A DNA stretch of 64,000 bases, taken from NCBI GenBank assembly GCA_964424195.1, contig CAYRHT010000002.1:8458-72457 (forward strand). The letters are read 5' to 3'. The translations under genes and the position numbers were made by a program. Positions within the stretch are counted from its first letter, which is position 1, and each line of letters opens with the position of its first letter. Shown in pieces: positions 45,851-55,132 of the stretch. This DNA comes from an uncultured Gammaproteobacteria bacterium. GTDB lineage: Bacteria > Patescibacteriota > Patescibacteriia > UBA1558 > S5-K13. The notes beneath the pieces are model-generated. The model did not search any database. It saw nothing but the letters and a program-made list of their open reading frames with translations, and was not told the origin of the DNA.

Positions 45851-47371
45851 ATGCTAATAAAGCTATTAAAATTTCTAAGAGTTCCTGAGAGTTCTTTAGA
45901 CAGAACAGAACTAAGAATATATGAAATGATACCTGGATTATTAATTTGGGTAACTTTTATTTTAGCGATAGTTTTATCAATATTTAGATCTCTGTGGGTT
46001 ATTTATTTTGTGATAGTTTTAGATGTGTACTGGGTTATTAGAATCTGGTACTTATTTTTTTATTTAATGGTTTCTTGGTTTAGATACATTAGATCTACTA
46101 GAGTTGATTGGCAAAAAAAAGTTAGGGAATTTTCTAATTGGCAAGAGTATATTCATTTGATAACTTTACCAACCTATAAGGAGCCCTATGAGGTAGTCCG
46201 AGATACTTTTGATAAATTATTGGAGTCAGATTATCCTAAGGATAAAATGGTAATAGTTTTGGGTGGAGAAGAGATGGATCAAGAAAATTTTCTAGAAATA
46301 GCTAATAGAATAAAGCTAGAATATGGTAATAAATTCCAAGATTTATTAATAACCGTGCATCCTAAAGATTTACCAGATGAAATTCCAGGTAAGGGATCTA
46401 ATATGCATTGGATCGGTGTGAAAGCAGCTGAATATTTTAAAGAAAAAGGAGTTGATTATTCTCAAGTGATTATTTCTATGTTTGATATTGAAACTTGGCC
46501 AGATCCTCATTATTTTAATGCTTTGACTTATTATTATTTATCTAATGATCGACCAGAGCATTTTTCTTATCAACCCTTAGTTTTATTTAATAATAATATT
46601 TGGAAATCAAATATTTTAGTAAGAGTTGTGGCAAATTCAACAACTTTTTGGTTATTAACTGATATGTCTAGGTCTGAAAGACTATTTACATTTTCTTCTC
46701 ATAGCATGAGTTTTAATACTTTGGTTAACGTTGGTTTTCATCCTAAAGATATCGTGACCGAAGATACTAGAATATTTTTACATTGCCTAGATCATTTTGA
46801 CGGTGATTATCGAGCTCAACCAATCTTTGTACCAGTTTCAATGCAAACAGTAGATATTGGTAACTTATGGGATTCTTTTAAGAATCAATATACTCAGATA
46901 AGAAGATGGGGTTGGGGAGTAGAGCATTTTCCTTGGATGATGTTAAATTTAGTGAAGAACAAGAAGGTGTCTTGGAAAAGAAAGATTCAATATCTTTGGA
47001 ATCAAGCAGAAGGAGTTTATACTTGGGCAACTTTACCAATATTAATATTACTTCTAGGTTATTTCCCAGTTTGGATTGCTGATATAACTATTCATTATAA
47101 TGTTTTAATTCATAATACACCACAAATCCTAGAAAGAATAATGAATTTTGGTTTAGCAGGTATTATGTTCATCTCTCTTTTGAATATAGGATTTTTACCA
47201 CCTAAACCCAAAGATGTGCATTGGATTAAATATCCCTTGATGATTTTACAATGGGTACTGTTTCCAATCACAATGATTTTGTTTGGTTCAATACCATCTA
47301 TAGAAGCTCAAACTAGATTAATGCTTGGTGGTAAATATAGATTAGGATTTCAAGTAACTAAAAAGAAATAA
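45851..47371 (+). CDS. Processive family-2 glycosyltransferase (cellulose/chitin-synthase-like), membrane-embedded.
   Basis: Two N-terminal transmembrane helices, a GT-A domain with D-containing motifs ('VLGGEEMDQ', 'FDIETWPD'), a 'TEDTRIF' motif (TED), 'QIRRWGWG' (QxxRW), and C-terminal transmembrane helices. Confidence 0.6.
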   Translation: MLIKLLKFLRVPESSLDRTELRIYEMIPGLLIWVTFILAIVLSIFRSLWVIYFVIVLDVYWVIRIWYLFFYLMVSWFRYIRSTRVDWQKKVREFSNWQEYIHLITLPTYKEPYEVVRDTFDKLLESDYPKDKMVIVLGGEEMDQENFLEIANRIKLEYGNKFQDLLITVHPKDLPDEIPGKGSNMHWIGVKAAEYFKEKGVDYSQVIISMFDIETWPDPHYFNALTYYYLSNDRPEHFSYQPLVLFNNNIWKSNILVRVVANSTTFWLLTDMSRSERLFTFSSHSMSFNTLVNVGFHPKDIVTEDTRIFLHCLDHFDGDYRAQPIFVPVSMQTVDIGNLWDSFKNQYTQIRRWGWGVEHFPWMMLNLVKNKKVSWKRKIQYLWNQAEGVYTWATLPILILLLGYFPVWIADITIHYNVLIHNTPQILERIMNFGLAGIMFISLLNIGFLPPKPKDVHWIKYPLMILQWVLFPITMILFGSIPSIEAQTRLMLGGKYRLGFQVTKKK

Positions 47372-47372
47372 T

Positions 47373-47942
47373 ATGGAAGAGATAGAAGTAAAATTTTTAG
47401 ATATTGATTCCAAAGTTCTAATTAAAAAGTTAGAGAGTTTAGGAGCTAAAAGAATTTTCGAGAGATTATATCGAAGAAGAGTTTTTGATTATTCAGATTT
47501 AAGATTAAATCAAAATAATTCTTGGGTTAGATTAAGGGATGAAGGTGATCAAATAACTTTAGCTTTCAAACAAAGAATTAAGCCTGGAGCAGAGGGTGAG
47601 AATGATCAGGGTATGCAAGAGAACGAGATTGTAGTTAGTGATTTTGATCAAACTACAAATATTTTATTTAAAATGGGTTTAATTGAAAAAGGTTATCAAG
47701 AAAATAAAAGGATTCGCTATATTTTAAATGATGTTGAATTTGATATTGATTCTTGGCCAAAGATTCCAACCTATTTAGAAATTGAGGCAGATTCTTGGGA
47801 GAAGGTTGAACGAGCTACTGAATTATTAGAATTAAATTATGATGATAAAAAAATATTCTCAACGACCCAAGTCTATGAGAATTATGGAATTGATTTAGCT
47901 ACCTATAAGAAAGCTACTTTTGAGGAGATGGTTTTAAAATAG
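47373..47942 (+). CDS. CYTH-domain protein (CyaB/thiamine-triphosphatase-like).
   Basis: N-terminal 'EIEVKFL' and 'WVRLRDEGDQITLAFKQR' followed by acidic motifs. It starts 1 nt after the GT2 stop. Confidence 0.55.
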   Translation: MEEIEVKFLDIDSKVLIKKLESLGAKRIFERLYRRRVFDYSDLRLNQNNSWVRLRDEGDQITLAFKQRIKPGAEGENDQGMQENEIVVSDFDQTTNILFKMGLIEKGYQENKRIRYILNDVEFDIDSWPKIPTYLEIEADSWEKVERATELLELNYDDKKIFSTTQVYENYGIDLATYKKATFEEMVLK

Positions 47943-48864
47943 TTCCTATAAAATCTTTGTAGCCATTAATAAATGGATTGATATCCATTTTTTGTTTTCC
48001 TTCAATTTGAACTACTAGAGGACAGAGGAGTCCTTTTTTAGTTTGAATAGCTATTTTGTCATCTTCTAAAAATATTTCACCAAGTTGATGATCAGTATTT
48101 CCTTCTTTAATTTCAGCTTTAATTATTTTTAGTAATTTGTCATTGAAATGAGTATAAGCTCCAGGCCAGTTATAGAAAGCTCTAATTTTATTATTTATTT
48201 TTTCAGCTGAATCTTCCCAATTTATCAAACCATCTTCTTTTTTTATCATTTCTGCGTAAGTAGCTTGGTTATTATCTTGAGAATGAGTTTCAATTTCTTT
48301 ATCAATATACTTTTGGAGATTATCTAATAGTAATTTATTACCTAGAGAAAATAATTTATTATTTAAAGTTTCATGATTATCTTCTAATTCTACTTTGATT
48401 TTTTCTTGAGCAATTATCGGTCCAGCATCCATTTCTTTAACTAAAAGCATGATACTTACTCCAGCTTCTTGATCTCCATTTAACAGAGTTGTTTGGACTG
48501 GAGAAGGTCCTCGATATTTAGGTAAAAGAGAAGGATGAATATTAATAATTCCTAATGGGAAAGAATCTAATATCTCTTGAGGAATCATTGTTCCATAAGA
48601 GAGGAGGATAGCTAAATTAGCTTCAGTGTTTTTAAGGATCTCAATTGATTCTGGATCATTAAGTCTGTCTTTCTCTGCTATTTTAATATTACTTTGCTCA
48701 GCTACTTTTTTAACTGGATTTTGTTTTTGAGAACGACCAGTTTTTTTACTAGTTTTAGTAACTACTAATTCAATATTGTATTCAGCTTGAATTAACTCAG
48801 CTAGTAACTTAGCTGAGTTTTCATCTGATCCAAAAAATACTATTTTATTATTATTTTTCATCAT
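47914..48864 (-). CDS. fmt: Methionyl-tRNA formyltransferase.
   Basis: 'KIVFFGSDENSAKLLAEL', 'GIINIHPSLLPKYRGPSP' and 316 aa length. Confidence 0.88.
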   Translation of the reverse strand: MMKNNNKIVFFGSDENSAKLLAELIQAEYNIELVVTKTSKKTGRSQKQNPVKKVAEQSNIKIAEKDRLNDPESIEILKNTEANLAILLSYGTMIPQEILDSFPLGIINIHPSLLPKYRGPSPVQTTLLNGDQEAGVSIMLLVKEMDAGPIIAQEKIKVELEDNHETLNNKLFSLGNKLLLDNLQKYIDKEIETHSQDNNQATYAEMIKKEDGLINWEDSAEKINNKIRAFYNWPGAYTHFNDKLLKIIKAEIKEGNTDHQLGEIFLEDDKIAIQTKKGLLCPLVVQIEGKQKMDINPFINGYKDFIGTILKPSPQK

Positions 48865-49354
48865 TTTTAGCTTGTTTCTTTAATTCTTTAAATTTATCTT
48901 CACCAGCAGTAAATTTTTTAATTTTATCTGTAAAAATAATACCATTAATATGATCTAATTCGTGTTGGAAAACTGTAGCCATCAAATTTTTAGCTTCTAT
49001 CTTTTTTTTATTTCCATTTTCATCTTGATATTCTAAAGTTACTTTTTTAGGACGAGAGACCCAACCAGTAATTTCTGGAAAAGAAAGACAACCTTCATCA
49101 AATTTTTGTTTAAGAAGTGATTTTCTTTTTATACAAGGGTTAATAAAAATCTGAGGACCTTTTTCAGTATTAATAACAATAAGTCTCATATTTAAACCAG
49201 CCTGATTAGCAGCTAAACCAACACCATCATACTTAAACATTAAACGAGTCATTTCTTTGATAATTTTAGGTAATTGGGGATCGTTAAAATTATCAACTTT
49301 TTTCAACTTGGTTCTTAATAGCTTATTAGGATAAGTTACAATGTTTAATTTCAT
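48851..49354 (-). CDS. def: Peptide deformylase.
   Basis: 'EGCLSFPE' and 'HELDHINGI' (metal-binding motifs). Confidence 0.9.
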   Translation of the reverse strand: MKLNIVTYPNKLLRTKLKKVDNFNDPQLPKIIKEMTRLMFKYDGVGLAANQAGLNMRLIVINTEKGPQIFINPCIKRKSLLKQKFDEGCLSFPEITGWVSRPKKVTLEYQDENGNKKKIEAKNLMATVFQHELDHINGIIFTDKIKKFTAGEDKFKELKKQAKNDEK

Positions 49355-51201
49355 AATTTAAAGTAATTTTTATCAATTATATCTATTTTATCTAATAATG
49401 CTTCTAGTGATTTTAAATCATTAGCTTGTTCATATTTTAACATTATATATTTTAAATAAAAAGAGAAGGTTTTATTAATTTTTGGTTCAATGATTGGCAT
49501 TAATTCAACTTGTTCTGATTTATTCTTTTCAATTTCAGAATAGAGTTCATTTGTTTTTTGATCTAAGATCTTCTGATCCTTATCTTTCACTGTAATTTTT
49601 AACATATTGTAGAAAGGAGGATATTTAAAAAGTTTTCTAAATTCTAATTCATCCTTAATCATCTGGTGATATTTCTGATTTCTAACATGGTCGTATATTT
49701 TTGATTCATTTAATACTTGGAGGATTAACTTTCTAGGTTTTAGGGATATTAAACGAGAAGTGAATTGATAGAATTTTTCATTAGAATTAAAGTTGCTATT
49801 TAGGAATTGATGAGTTAAAGGAAGAATTATTAAATCAAATTCTTCTTCCTGGAGATGATCAAGAATAACTTTAGTAGCAATAATTATCTGGTTTTCTTTA
49901 ACTAGATTCAAGTTATTTTCATGTTCTTTATCAATCATAATACTAGAATATTTAGGAAAGCTTTCTTTCATCTTAGAATGTAATTGAGTAATTCCAATAC
50001 CTCTGGTTTTAAGGTTAGAATTGGCACATTTTGGACATTTAAGAGGTATTTCTATCTCTTTCTGACAAGTATGGCAATAGAGCTTATTTTCTTCTCTGAA
50101 GCCTGGAATTCCACTACAATCGGGACATTTGAAAACTAGTTTACAATCAGGACATATTAAACTTTTACTATATCCTTTCTTGTTTACTAAAAACAGAATT
50201 TTACCTTTATTTTCTAAAGTTTTGTTAATATCTTCTTCGGTATTAAAATGAATCTGATTTTCAAAATACTTTACATTCATTTCGGGAATTGTAATTTCAG
50301 TAGTGAATTTAGTTTTAGATTCTAAAAGTTTTATTTTTTTCTCTTGAGCTAGATGATAGAGGTTAGAGGGAGGAGTATAGGAAGTTAAAATTAATTGGCA
50401 ATCATTAATTTTAGAAAGTTCTAAGATATTTGGTAGGAATTCAAAACGAGGATTGATATCAGTTTGATTATGATTCTCATTCTCTATCTCATCAATTATT
50501 ATACTATTAACGTTCTGAGTAGGATAGAAAATACTAACCTTAGTTCCTAAAATTATTTTAACTTTATTATCTTGAATATCATGCCAAACTTTATTATGTT
50601 TAGTCTTATTTAAGTGAGTATAGCCAGTAATAATGGCTATTTCTTCTTTTTTGTAGAAGTTTAGTAAATGAGAATATATTTTTTCTAAATGTAGTTTAGT
50701 GGGAGAGATTATTAAAGTTTGTTTTTTGTTTTGATCAATAGTTTTTTTAATTAAAGATATTTTTTCAGAGAAGTGAGTATGTTTGAAAATAAATTGTCTG
50801 TTTTTAAGAATTGAGTCAGGAATGTTCTTTAATTTCCAATCAATTTTGTTCACATTTATCTTTTCTTCTTTACTTTGGGTTTTTCTTTTGAGGGGTAGAG
50901 GAGTGATATTGTTTAAAAAGTTTAGTGAACTAAAATTGTGTTTAATAAAGAAGTTATAAAATTCTATTTGTTGAGGAGAAAAAAGAAGAGTAGGAGTAAT
51001 AATTTCACTAACTGGTTTTAGAATATGTTTTGGTTGGTTAGTAGTTTTTTTAATATCAAAAACCACTCCGTAGATATTACGGTTTCGAAAAGGGATTTCT
51101 ACTAATTGCCCAGGTTTAACTTTTAAGTTATTAGGCACAATGTAGTCGAGGAGATTAAGCTCCTTTTTAAGCTTGATTAATGGTTTTATATTAGCGTACA
51201 T
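49351..51201 (-). CDS. priA: Primosomal protein N' (PriA) homolog with degenerate ATPase motifs.
   Basis: Zinc-binding CxxC pairs 'CPDCKLVFKCPDCSG...CHTCQ...CPKCAN'. The helicase-core alignment gives 'HTHFSEKIS' where the Walker A 'GVTGSGKT' is expected, and 'DEIE' where 'DEEH' is expected. Confidence 0.65.
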   Translation of the reverse strand: MYANIKPLIKLKKELNLLDYIVPNNLKVKPGQLVEIPFRNRNIYGVVFDIKKTTNQPKHILKPVSEIITPTLLFSPQQIEFYNFFIKHNFSSLNFLNNITPLPLKRKTQSKEEKINVNKIDWKLKNIPDSILKNRQFIFKHTHFSEKISLIKKTIDQNKKQTLIISPTKLHLEKIYSHLLNFYKKEEIAIITGYTHLNKTKHNKVWHDIQDNKVKIILGTKVSIFYPTQNVNSIIIDEIENENHNQTDINPRFEFLPNILELSKINDCQLILTSYTPPSNLYHLAQEKKIKLLESKTKFTTEITIPEMNVKYFENQIHFNTEEDINKTLENKGKILFLVNKKGYSKSLICPDCKLVFKCPDCSGIPGFREENKLYCHTCQKEIEIPLKCPKCANSNLKTRGIGITQLHSKMKESFPKYSSIMIDKEHENNLNLVKENQIIIATKVILDHLQEEEFDLIILPLTHQFLNSNFNSNEKFYQFTSRLISLKPRKLILQVLNESKIYDHVRNQKYHQMIKDELEFRKLFKYPPFYNMLKITVKDKDQKILDQKTNELYSEIEKNKSEQVELMPIIEPKINKTFSFYLKYIMLKYEQANDLKSLEALLDKIDIIDKNYFKL

Positions 51202-51258
51202 ATTAATAGTATAGTAGATAAAGGGAAAAGTATAAAGGGGGTTTTAGGAAAAAATAAA

Positions 51259-51288
51259 ATGCAGAGTCCAAATGAGGATTCTGCATTG
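51259..51288 (-). terminator. Rho-independent terminator for the small minus-strand gene.
   Basis: The hairpin 'aatgcagagtcc..ggattctgcatt' is followed on the minus strand by a T-run (the A-run 51250-51258 on the + strand). Confidence 0.5.
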
Positions 51289-51291
51289 TGT

Positions 51292-51567
51292 TTAATATTC
51301 TCCGATGAAACTGGTGTTTACTTTGTAAATATTAAATTTTTGTTCTTGTTTTGATTGTTTTTCCCAAACATCTTCATAATTATGATCTTCTATTGCTTTC
51401 TTAAATAATCGCAACTGTTCTTTTTTTAATTCTTTAATTTTCTTTTCTAAGTCATAAGATGAGTCTGACTTTATTAAACCTATTTTTGGAAAATATGATA
51501 ATATGGTGAAAAAGATTAAATTCACAATTATCATAAATCCAACGAAATAATTTAAAAAATTTTCCAT
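51292..51567 (-). CDS. Small hypothetical membrane protein (91 aa).
   Basis: An N-terminal transmembrane helix ('FVGFMIIVNLIFFTILSYF') and a charged C-terminus. It has its own terminator. Confidence 0.35.
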   Translation of the reverse strand: MENFLNYFVGFMIIVNLIFFTILSYFPKIGLIKSDSSYDLEKKIKELKKEQLRLFKKAIEDHNYEDVWEKQSKQEQKFNIYKVNTSFIGEY

Positions 51568-51640
51568 TTTTCCTCCCTTTATTTTTTTATATCTTAGTAC
51601 TTTTGATTTATTTTGTCAATCTTTAAAATATATTTAGAAA

Positions 51641-51649
51641 TGATATAAT
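51641..51649 (+). promoter_or_regulatory. Extended -10 element (TGaTATAAT) upstream of lysS.
   Basis: TGnTATAAT lies about 60 nt upstream of the lysS ATG, in the divergent intergenic region. Confidence 0.4.
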
Positions 51650-51708
51650 TATAGTAATAAAAGTGCATATAAATGCATATATTTTTAGATTAATTTTAAT
51701 AAAATATT

Positions 51709-53196
51709 ATGACTGAAAAACAAGCAATAAATCCTAGTGATGAATACAAAATTAGAATAGAGCGTTTAAAGAAGATTAGGGAAAAAGGAATCGATCCTTA
51801 TCCAGCGGTTTCTAAAAGAACTCATATGATTAATGAGGTTTTAGGTGATTTTAAAGCTTTAGAAAAATCTGCTAAGGATATTTTTTTATGCGGGCGTTTA
51901 AGAACTATTCGTTCTCATGGGAATTTAAGCTTTACTCAATTACAAGATGATTCAGGAATGATGCAATTAGCCTTTTCTAAAAAAGAAATGGACCCAGAAC
52001 ATTACAAAGAGTTTGTGAAGTTAATTGATATTGGAGACTTTCTTCAAGTAAACGGAGTTCCTTTTGTTACTCACAAAGGAGAGGAGAGTTTAATGGTTAA
52101 AGATTGGAAATTATTAACTAAAACTCTAAGGCCTTTACCAGAAAAATATCATGGACTTCAAGATGAAGAAGAAAAGTTTAGAAAAAGATACTTAGATATT
52201 TTAACTAATCTAGAGGTTAAAGAGATGTTTATTAAAAAAGGGAAGTTTTGGAATTCTATTAGAAACTTTTTAACTGAGAAGAGTTTTATAGAAGTTCAAA
52301 CTCCAGCCTTAGAAGTTAGTGCTGGTGGGGCTGATGCTCGTCCTTTTATAACTCATCATAATGCCTTAGATATGGATGTATATTTAAGAATATCAACAGG
52401 TGAATTATGGCAAAAGAAACTAATGGTTGCTGGTTTTGAGAAAACTTTTGAAATTGGTCGTCAATTTAGAAATGAAGGTATGGATGCTGAGCATCTTCAA
52501 GACTATACTCAAATGGAATTCTATTGGGCTTATGCTGATTACAGAAAGGGAATGGAGCTAGTAGAAGAGATGTACAAGTATGTAGCTCAAGAAACTTTTG
52601 GAACTACTAAATTTAAGATTAAAGAATTTGATATAGATTTAGATAAAAAATGGGAAGTTTATGATTATGTTGAGATTATTAAAAAAAGAACTAAGATTAA
52701 TATTTTAGATACTGATATTAAAGAAATGGAAAGTAAACTACAAGAGTTGAAAATTCAGTATGATAAAAAAGGATTTAATATTACTAGAGCTATTGATAAT
52801 TTATGGAAATATTGTCGGAAGCAAATTGGTGGTCCAGGATTTTTAATTAATGTTCCGGTCACTATGGAACCTTTAGCTAAAAGGGATGACAAGAATAAAG
52901 ATATAGTACAACGTTTTCAAATTATTTTAGCTGGATCAGAAATGGGGAAAGGCTATAGTGAGTTGAATGATCCAATTGATCAGGCTGATAGATTTGAAAA
53001 GCAAGAAAAATTAAGATTGGCTGGTGATGAAGAGGCTCAAATGAATGATAAAGATTTTGTGGAAGCTTTAGAACATGGTATGCCACCAACTTGTGGTTTT
53101 GGTCTAAGTGAAAGACTATTTAGTTTTTTAATGAATAAACCAGCGAGAGAGTGTCAAATATTTCCTTTGATGAGACCTAAGGATGAAAATAAATAA
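51709..53196 (+). CDS. lysS: Lysyl-tRNA synthetase (class II).
   Basis: An N-terminal OB domain, then class II motifs 'FEIGRQFRNEG' and 'GFGLSERL'. Confidence 0.9.
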   Translation: MTEKQAINPSDEYKIRIERLKKIREKGIDPYPAVSKRTHMINEVLGDFKALEKSAKDIFLCGRLRTIRSHGNLSFTQLQDDSGMMQLAFSKKEMDPEHYKEFVKLIDIGDFLQVNGVPFVTHKGEESLMVKDWKLLTKTLRPLPEKYHGLQDEEEKFRKRYLDILTNLEVKEMFIKKGKFWNSIRNFLTEKSFIEVQTPALEVSAGGADARPFITHHNALDMDVYLRISTGELWQKKLMVAGFEKTFEIGRQFRNEGMDAEHLQDYTQMEFYWAYADYRKGMELVEEMYKYVAQETFGTTKFKIKEFDIDLDKKWEVYDYVEIIKKRTKINILDTDIKEMESKLQELKIQYDKKGFNITRAIDNLWKYCRKQIGGPGFLINVPVTMEPLAKRDDKNKDIVQRFQIILAGSEMGKGYSELNDPIDQADRFEKQEKLRLAGDEEAQMNDKDFVEALEHGMPPTCGFGLSERLFSFLMNKPARECQIFPLMRPKDENK

Positions 53197-53213
53197 TAAT
53201 TAAGATATATATT

Positions 53214-53864
53214 ATGAAAAAAGTATTACTTTTATGTGGAATTATTCTATTATTAACAGCTTGTGTTAATAGTACGGTTCAGAATGAAGAAAGTGCTCCA
53301 GGAGATTCTATTTCTCTAGAAGAAAAAGAAGAATCTATTCCTGAAGAGGAAGAAGATATAAATAATAAAGAAGAAAATATGTTGGTAACTATTAAAACTA
53401 ATAAGGGAGATATTGAATTAGAGCTTTATGAAAAAGCAGCTCCAATTACAGTAGCTAACTTTTTAAAATTAATTAAAGAAGATTATTATAATGATATTAA
53501 ATTTCATCGAGTTATTGGTGATTTCATGATTCAAACTGGAGATCCTCAAAGCAAAGGAAAAGTGGATGTTGATTTTGTTTATGATGCTTACAATAATCCT
53601 AAGAATCTTCCAATTGCTGGAACTGGTGGACCAGGTTATAATTTTGAAGATGAATTTAATAATGGTTATGTATTCGATAAAGCTGGTATTTTAGCAATGG
53701 CTAACGCTGGTCCAAATACTAATGGTTCTCAAATTTTTATTACTCATCTTCCTACTCCTCATTTAAATAATAAACATACTATCTTTGGTCAAGTTGTTAA
53801 TGGAATGGATATTGTGAATGCTATTGAACAAGGTGATGTTATTAGTGAGATTATAGTTAAATAA
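53214..53864 (+). CDS. Cyclophilin-type peptidyl-prolyl cis-trans isomerase, probable lipoprotein.
   Basis: Lipobox 'LLTAC', then 'FHRVIGDFMIQTGDP' and 'GILAMANAGPNTNGSQFFI'. Confidence 0.85.
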   Translation: MKKVLLLCGIILLLTACVNSTVQNEESAPGDSISLEEKEESIPEEEEDINNKEENMLVTIKTNKGDIELELYEKAAPITVANFLKLIKEDYYNDIKFHRVIGDFMIQTGDPQSKGKVDVDFVYDAYNNPKNLPIAGTGGPGYNFEDEFNNGYVFDKAGILAMANAGPNTNGSQIFITHLPTPHLNNKHTIFGQVVNGMDIVNAIEQGDVISEIIVK

Positions 53865-53887
53865 TTTATATATAATCTTTAAAATAT

Positions 53888-55132
53888 ATGTTGGATATAA
53901 ATAAAATTAGAGAGAATAAGGAAGAGATTAAAAAGGCTCTCTTGAAAAGAGTTCCAGATGTTAATCTAGATGAGATTTTAGAATTAGATGAACAAAGAAA
54001 AAAGTTGATTACTAAAGTTGATGAATTGAAAGCAGAGCGAAACAAACATTCTAAAACCAAACCATCTCCAGAAATTATTGAGCAAATGAAAAAGCTTGGT
54101 GGTGATATCAAGGATGCAGAAGAAGAATCTAATAAGATTCAGAGTTTATACAATGATAAATTATCAAGTCTACCAAATATTCCTGCAGAAGATGTAAAAG
54201 CTGGAAATAAAGAGAATAATGAGGTTATTAGTACTTATGGAAAGAAGCCAGAGTTTAAATCTAAAGCTAAGGACCATGTAGAATTAGCAACTTCTTTAGG
54301 TTTAATTGATTATGAACGAGCTACTAAAATGTCTGGTGCTGGTTTTTGGGCTTATACTAATGAAGGAGCTTTATTAGAGTGGGCTTTATTAAATTATTTT
54401 AAAGATTTTCATCAAAAGAATAAATATACTTTCTTATTATTACCTTATTTATTAAATCAAGACTCAGCTTATGCTTCCGGACACCTTCCAAAGTTTAAAG
54501 AAGATTTGTTTTGGACTAATGATGAAAAACTTTGTTTGAATGCTACTAGTGAAATGATGTTATTAAATTATCATCGGAAAGAGACTTTAGATATAAAAGA
54601 TTTACCTTTAAAATATTATGCTTTCTCAACTTGTTTTAGAAAAGAGGCAGGAGCATATCGAACTGAAGAAAGAGGAATGATTAGAGGTCATCAATTTAAC
54701 AAGATTGAAATGTTCCAATTCACAAAACCAGAGGAGTCTTGGACTATTTTTGAAGAAATGGTTAAGAATGTTGAGGAGCTAGTTAAAGGATTGGGATTAC
54801 ATTTTCAAACTGTAAAATTAGCAGCTCAAGATGCTAGTGCAGCGATGGCTAAAACTATTGATATAGAAGTTTGGTTACCGAGCATGAATTCCTATAAAGA
54901 AGTATCTAGTGCTTCTAATGCTTTAGATTATCAAGCCCGGAGAGCTAATATTAAATTTAAAGATAAGGATGGTAAATCAGAGTTTGTTCATACTTTGAAT
55001 GCTTCTGGTTTAGCAACTTCTCGAATATTACCAGCAATACTAGAGCAAAATCAACAAGCCGATGGTTCAGTTAAAGTACCAAAAGCATTACGAAAGTATT
55101 TACCATTTAAAGTAATTAAAGCTAAAAAATAA
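53888..55132 (+). CDS. serS: Seryl-tRNA synthetase.
   Basis: An N-terminal coiled coil, then class II core motifs 'FRKEAGAYRTEERGMIRGHQFNKIEMF' and 'LNASGLATSR'. Confidence 0.9.
   Translation: MLDINKIRENKEEIKKALLKRVPDVNLDEILELDEQRKKLITKVDELKAERNKHSKTKPSPEIIEQMKKLGGDIKDAEEESNKIQSLYNDKLSSLPNIPAEDVKAGNKENNEVISTYGKKPEFKSKAKDHVELATSLGLIDYERATKMSGAGFWAYTNEGALLEWALLNYFKDFHQKNKYTFLLLPYLLNQDSAYASGHLPKFKEDLFWTNDEKLCLNATSEMMLLNYHRKETLDIKDLPLKYYAFSTCFRKEAGAYRTEERGMIRGHQFNKIEMFQFTKPEESWTIFEEMVKNVEELVKGLGLHFQTVKLAAQDASAAMAKTIDIEVWLPSMNSYKEVSSASNALDYQARRANIKFKDKDGKSEFVHTLNASGLATSRILPAILEQNQQADGSVKVPKALRKYLPFKVIKAKK

Noticed and set aside
51568-51708. Possible T-box or other leader riboswitch upstream of lysS.
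   Set aside because: The leader is only about 60 nt after the putative -10. That is far too short for a T-box (about 250 nt) or a lysine riboswitch, and no conserved core motifs were seen.
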